A stretch of 64,000 bases of DNA from Leptospiraceae bacterium. Its GTDB lineage: Bacteria; Spirochaetota; Leptospiria; Leptospirales; Leptonemataceae. Where the stretch lies: positions 512,001 through 576,000 of the forward strand of contig JAVJNR010000004.1 of assembly GCA_040217195.1 (NCBI GenBank), in the 5' to 3' direction. Below the pieces are notes generated by a model. That model was not told the origin of the DNA, ran no database searches, and saw nothing but the letters and a program-made list of their open reading frames with translations. Of the stretch, positions 60,465 to 64,000 are shown in pieces (position 1 is the stretch's first letter; each line of letters opens with the position of its first letter). The position numbers and the translations under genes were made by a program.

Positions 60465-61334
60465 ATGGCCTACAATCGCTACATCACTGGAATCCTGCCG
60501 GACCAGAACTACCGGTTTATTCTTGGAAGCATAACCGACGTAGCTCTGGAAGTAGGACAGGTGCTCCATGCATCTGTGCCAATTACGGCTCTGCTGGGAG
60601 AAAGCATGCTGGCCGCATTCTTTCTGGCCGGCCACAATGAAAAATCCCGCCGATCCGTGGTGGGCATTGATTTGCAATGTAATGGCCCGGTGCGTAAATT
60701 ACTCTCCTTTGCATCTTCCGATGGAATTGTGCGCTCCTTTTGCTCCAGTCCGGATGCAACGTGGGACGGAAATCTATACGATGGCAAGAAAGATGGCCTA
60801 TTTACAGTAAATCGATTTGTGGAAGATAGTCGAAAGATATACTCCTCCAGCGTTGAAATGCATGATCTTCCTCTGGAAAAGAATGTTGAAGAATACCTGG
60901 GTCGATCGGATCAAAAACTGGGCTTCATTCGTATGGAAAGCACAATCGAGAAGGATTTACTTCTGGATGTATCTGGTTTTAGTTTCGAAGCACTGCCGGG
61001 CGCATCGGTGGAAAACTCAGAAGCAGTACTGGAAATGATTCGGAGCACTGCGCCGGCCGACATGGTACATGGATTACTTTCGGACGGTGACGGAGAACGA
61101 AGGGACTTCAGTTTCTCCCTGTCCAGTGTTAAGATTCTAACTACAGGCTCATTTGAATATCGCTGCGATTGCAGCAAAGAAAAGATTGAAAAGGTTCTTC
61201 TGGCAATGGGTCGACAATCGATTGAGGACCTTGTTGCAGAAAATGGTCATGTTGAAGTATTCTGTGAATTTTGCAGGAAACGATATGAATTCCAGCCGTC
61301 CGAAATCTACAATCTTTTCAATGCAGAGGATTGA
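60465..61334 (+). CDS. hslO: Hsp33 redox-regulated chaperone
   Basis: YLGRSDQ; CDCS...CEFC zinc motif; AGGAGG SD. Confidence 0.9.
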   Translation: MAYNRYITGILPDQNYRFILGSITDVALEVGQVLHASVPITALLGESMLAAFFLAGHNEKSRRSVVGIDLQCNGPVRKLLSFASSDGIVRSFCSSPDATWDGNLYDGKKDGLFTVNRFVEDSRKIYSSSVEMHDLPLEKNVEEYLGRSDQKLGFIRMESTIEKDLLLDVSGFSFEALPGASVENSEAVLEMIRSTAPADMVHGLLSDGDGERRDFSFSLSSVKILTTGSFEYRCDCSKEKIEKVLLAMGRQSIEDLVAENGHVEVFCEFCRKRYEFQPSEIYNLFNAED

Positions 61335-61495
61335 TTGGTTCAGAGCTCCCGGTCCAACCTATAAAGACCGATACATAGGCCAGCACTGCCTGCCCGAATT
61401 GCATTGCTTTATTTGGTTGCCAATCTCGCAGATTTACACTGAATTTGATACAGAGGTTGCAAATTTCGCCGATGGCGAATGCATGGAGGGTCACA

Positions 61496-62359
61496 CTGGA
61501 ATATATACCCATCAACTCAATCGATGAGATAGATCCAAGACGAGTCTCTATTCGAGATCTGAATAAGAAGTACATCGATCGTGAAGGTAATCGTTATGCC
61601 ACTCGATTCAATATCAAGACTCGAGAGGTGGAGATTGTTCGTCTTGCCCGAACCATCGAAGAAGCACGTAGACTTCAGATAAAGATTCGAAATCAGAAGT
61701 CCGGCACCAGCCCTGTACCAAGCACTTCCAGTACCGAAGCGATTACCGAGCCCCGGCCGGCGGAAGGAATCGATCCGGGTGATTATTATCACACAGCGGA
61801 TGACATCGGTGGCCATGGAATTGTAGACAAAGATTTGCTGGATGACTGTGTCCAGGAAGTGACCAAGATTCGAGAAAGACAACAGGCCGTTCTGAATTCT
61901 TTGCGAAAGAATCAGATATTTGATCGGGATCAATACGATGGATTTTCCGAAATTACACGAAAAATCGATACCGAATCCTGGCAGGCGGGAGATGAGGCGA
62001 TCAACTATTATAAGGAGTTGTATTCCTATCCTAGACCGGTAACACATTATTTGAACCGACTAAACTCTAAGGATCGACAATGGGTGGAATCCCTGGGCGA
62101 TGAACAGAGCCGCCTGGAGCTAATTAAGAAGTTAGAAATGTACAATGGATTTCATAAAGCCTTCCAGTCCATCTACTCTGTGACCACTGATCTAAAGGGA
62201 ATGCTTGAAGAAATACCAGAAGAGATGCAATCCAAACTCACCGCCAGTCAGACCATGGCTGTGCGCGACGCTTTACCCAGTCTTGAAATCATTCAAGAAA
62301 ACAGTCTGGCCAAAATGGCAGCACTGGATGAATGGCACGAACAAACCCGGGGCAGCTGA
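61496..62359 (+). CDS. Conserved hypothetical protein; probable CTG start
   Basis: GGAGG at 61485-61489, then in-frame CTG at 61496; YIDREGNRYATRFN; helical C-terminus. Confidence 0.7.
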   Translation: MEYIPINSIDEIDPRRVSIRDLNKKYIDREGNRYATRFNIKTREVEIVRLARTIEEARRLQIKIRNQKSGTSPVPSTSSTEAITEPRPAEGIDPGDYYHTADDIGGHGIVDKDLLDDCVQEVTKIRERQQAVLNSLRKNQIFDRDQYDGFSEITRKIDTESWQAGDEAINYYKELYSYPRPVTHYLNRLNSKDRQWVESLGDEQSRLELIKKLEMYNGFHKAFQSIYSVTTDLKGMLEEIPEEMQSKLTASQTMAVRDALPSLEIIQENSLAKMAALDEWHEQTRGS

Positions 62360-62484
62360 TTCAGGAGCCTCTAAAGCCACTTAATAGCCAGGGGTACAAT
62401 CGCTGATATTCCCTAACTAAAAATGAAGTCCGGTGGGAAGCTGTTTCGGTTTGCTATTACATCCCGGGCCAGACGTATTAAGAC

Positions 62485-63081
62485 CTAACGTCCCAGAATA
62501 CGATTTTCAATAGCTGTACATTGTTCAGCGGAAAGTGGCTTGCCATTGAATTGCAAATGAAACTGATCCTGGGCTCTACCTGCATTGCTTGTACGAATGG
62601 TTGCAGTAACGATGTTTATATCGCTAAGGAAGAATAGACGGCTTAGATGTATCAACAGACCGGTTCGTCCGGTGGTTTCAATATAGAATCTTGTTTCCTG
62701 TTTCTCTGTATCGGTATCGAAAACGAGCTCAGGAGGCTTCTCAAAAAAGTAGGATGGATCTGGGATGGAACGATCGTGCTGCTTCAGTAATTTTTCCGGA
62801 TCAATGCGATCGGACATTAGGGTTTCCATCAAGACTCCCAGACTATGATAGATCTCTGCAGAATCCCTTTCTTTGCCTTCGACCGGGCGTAAGAAGAATC
62901 TGTCCTGCGAATATAATTCGCCTTCCTCTTTTAGCGTATCTACGTCTCCGGAATATATATCCAGATCCAGACAGTAAATTGCTGCTGCCAGGCGATACAG
63001 GGTACCCACTCGCACTATTGGGGTTCGAATCTCAAGAAGGGTTTGTTCCGGTCCTACCGGTGTCCAGGAAAAGTTGATCAC
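62485..63081 (-). CDS. Stand-alone tandem ACT protein (GlnD C-terminus-like)
   Basis: RVGTLYRLA..LDI....DRF and GRTGLLIHLS..INIVTATI.T....AQDQF. Confidence 0.75.
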   Translation of the reverse strand: MINFSWTPVGPEQTLLEIRTPIVRVGTLYRLAAAIYCLDLDIYSGDVDTLKEEGELYSQDRFFLRPVEGKERDSAEIYHSLGVLMETLMSDRIDPEKLLKQHDRSIPDPSYFFEKPPELVFDTDTEKQETRFYIETTGRTGLLIHLSRLFFLSDINIVTATIRTSNAGRAQDQFHLQFNGKPLSAEQCTAIENRILGR

Positions 63082-63956
63082 GGCTCTGCTTTATGGGCCA
63101 TCACATCTTTGCACCATCGGCTAAACAGATCCGGATTTATTTCCGCCCCGGGCAGCCGATCATAATTTCTGCCCACATGAATGTCCATATCCTGTTCCAC
63201 CGTAAATCTGTCCGCAAAATCCTGCAATTCTCGACCCAGCAATGGATCCAGATCTCTCCAGGCCATCACCAGCTGACCGTTTTTTAACGCTCCAAAAATG
63301 CGAATTCCTCTGAAGCGAAGCTCCATCTCTGTTCCGTTCTCTTTGCAGAGCCAATCACCCTGCCCGTCCAGTTCCTGGAAAATCTTCCATAGATTCTTGG
63401 CTGATTGCTTCTTTTCTTTCTTGGCCCGACTCTCTTCTTCGATCCGGCCAATGAAGTCTTTGAGTTCATTTAGCTGAACAGTCAGGAAGTCCCCCACCCG
63501 ACGGTCATCCTGCCACCAGGGACGAAAGTCTTTTCCGGCCAGAACACATTCCAGTCCGGCCACCGCATCCTTCCATATTTCGGCCTGTCTGTCCCGTTCC
63601 TCACGATCGACCCATCCGTCATGAGAAATGCTCAGTAGTATTCCTTCTCCGGTGCGGCCCCGGCTAACGCCCTGGTCCTCAATTTCAAATGTGATAACGG
63701 TGGAGGGTTTATCATCGGGCCAATCCTTGCCACGCCAGGAGTATCGAACCAGGTGGTTTTTTTCCTTGGTTACGGCCTTCATCTCCATGTCTTTTCCGTC
63801 CAACTGGGTCACCAGGTTTCTGGACATAATCACACGAGGGGCCCACCATTTTCTCAACTCGGTCTGCGAAGTTAGTACACGAAATACCTGAGCCGGAGTA
63901 GTCATCATCTCCAGATGGTGTTCAATGGCCTCAATTTCATCCGAGTTGCGATTCAT
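63078..63956 (-). CDS. SRPBCC/AHSA1 domain protein with C-terminal extension
   Basis: TPAQVFRVLT...LRKWW, VRYSW, STVITFEI, HDGW. Confidence 0.82.
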   Translation of the reverse strand: MNRNSDEIEAIEHHLEMMTTPAQVFRVLTSQTELRKWWAPRVIMSRNLVTQLDGKDMEMKAVTKEKNHLVRYSWRGKDWPDDKPSTVITFEIEDQGVSRGRTGEGILLSISHDGWVDREERDRQAEIWKDAVAGLECVLAGKDFRPWWQDDRRVGDFLTVQLNELKDFIGRIEEESRAKKEKKQSAKNLWKIFQELDGQGDWLCKENGTEMELRFRGIRIFGALKNGQLVMAWRDLDPLLGRELQDFADRFTVEQDMDIHVGRNYDRLPGAEINPDLFSRWCKDVMAHKAEP

Positions 63957-64000
63957 GGTTTAGTACGGATTCTCCATCCCCCCCATCTATTTTTCAAACA

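Overview
Gene-dense bacterial chromosome segment, most likely from a Leptospiraceae spirochaete. This is inferred from spirochaete-type lipoproteins, cheX, a DUF1577/PilZ-like gene and an mreBCD-mrdA-rodA cluster with a long RodA. Most of the window is housekeeping or signalling: ppdK, metK, mnmA, hslO, amtB, a transketolase C-subunit, a K+ channel, EAL, GAF-PP2C and STAS proteins. Two regions stand out. (1) 6.4-13.8 kb: a Zur-type metal-uptake locus (outer-membrane barrel, ZnuACB-like ABC transporter, Fur/Zur) with a divergent lipoprotein, two copies of a candidate palindromic operator, and a His-less ZrgA-like lipoprotein nearby. (2) 51.7-56.2 kb: an archaeal-type PolB2 cassette (inactive RadA-like ATPase, small helical protein, PolB2) with a Leptospira-type SOS-box candidate. 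Directly next to it is an unannotated non-coding array of 6-7 units with a 40-bp period (13-bp repeat, 9 variable bp, 9-bp inverted copy, 9 variable bp) ending on an extended -10 promoter. The array and cassette together are the best candidate for an undescribed system, but their functional link is unproven. No rRNA, tRNA, CRISPR-Cas or intact transposase was recognised. All family assignments are by eye from motifs, not database searches.
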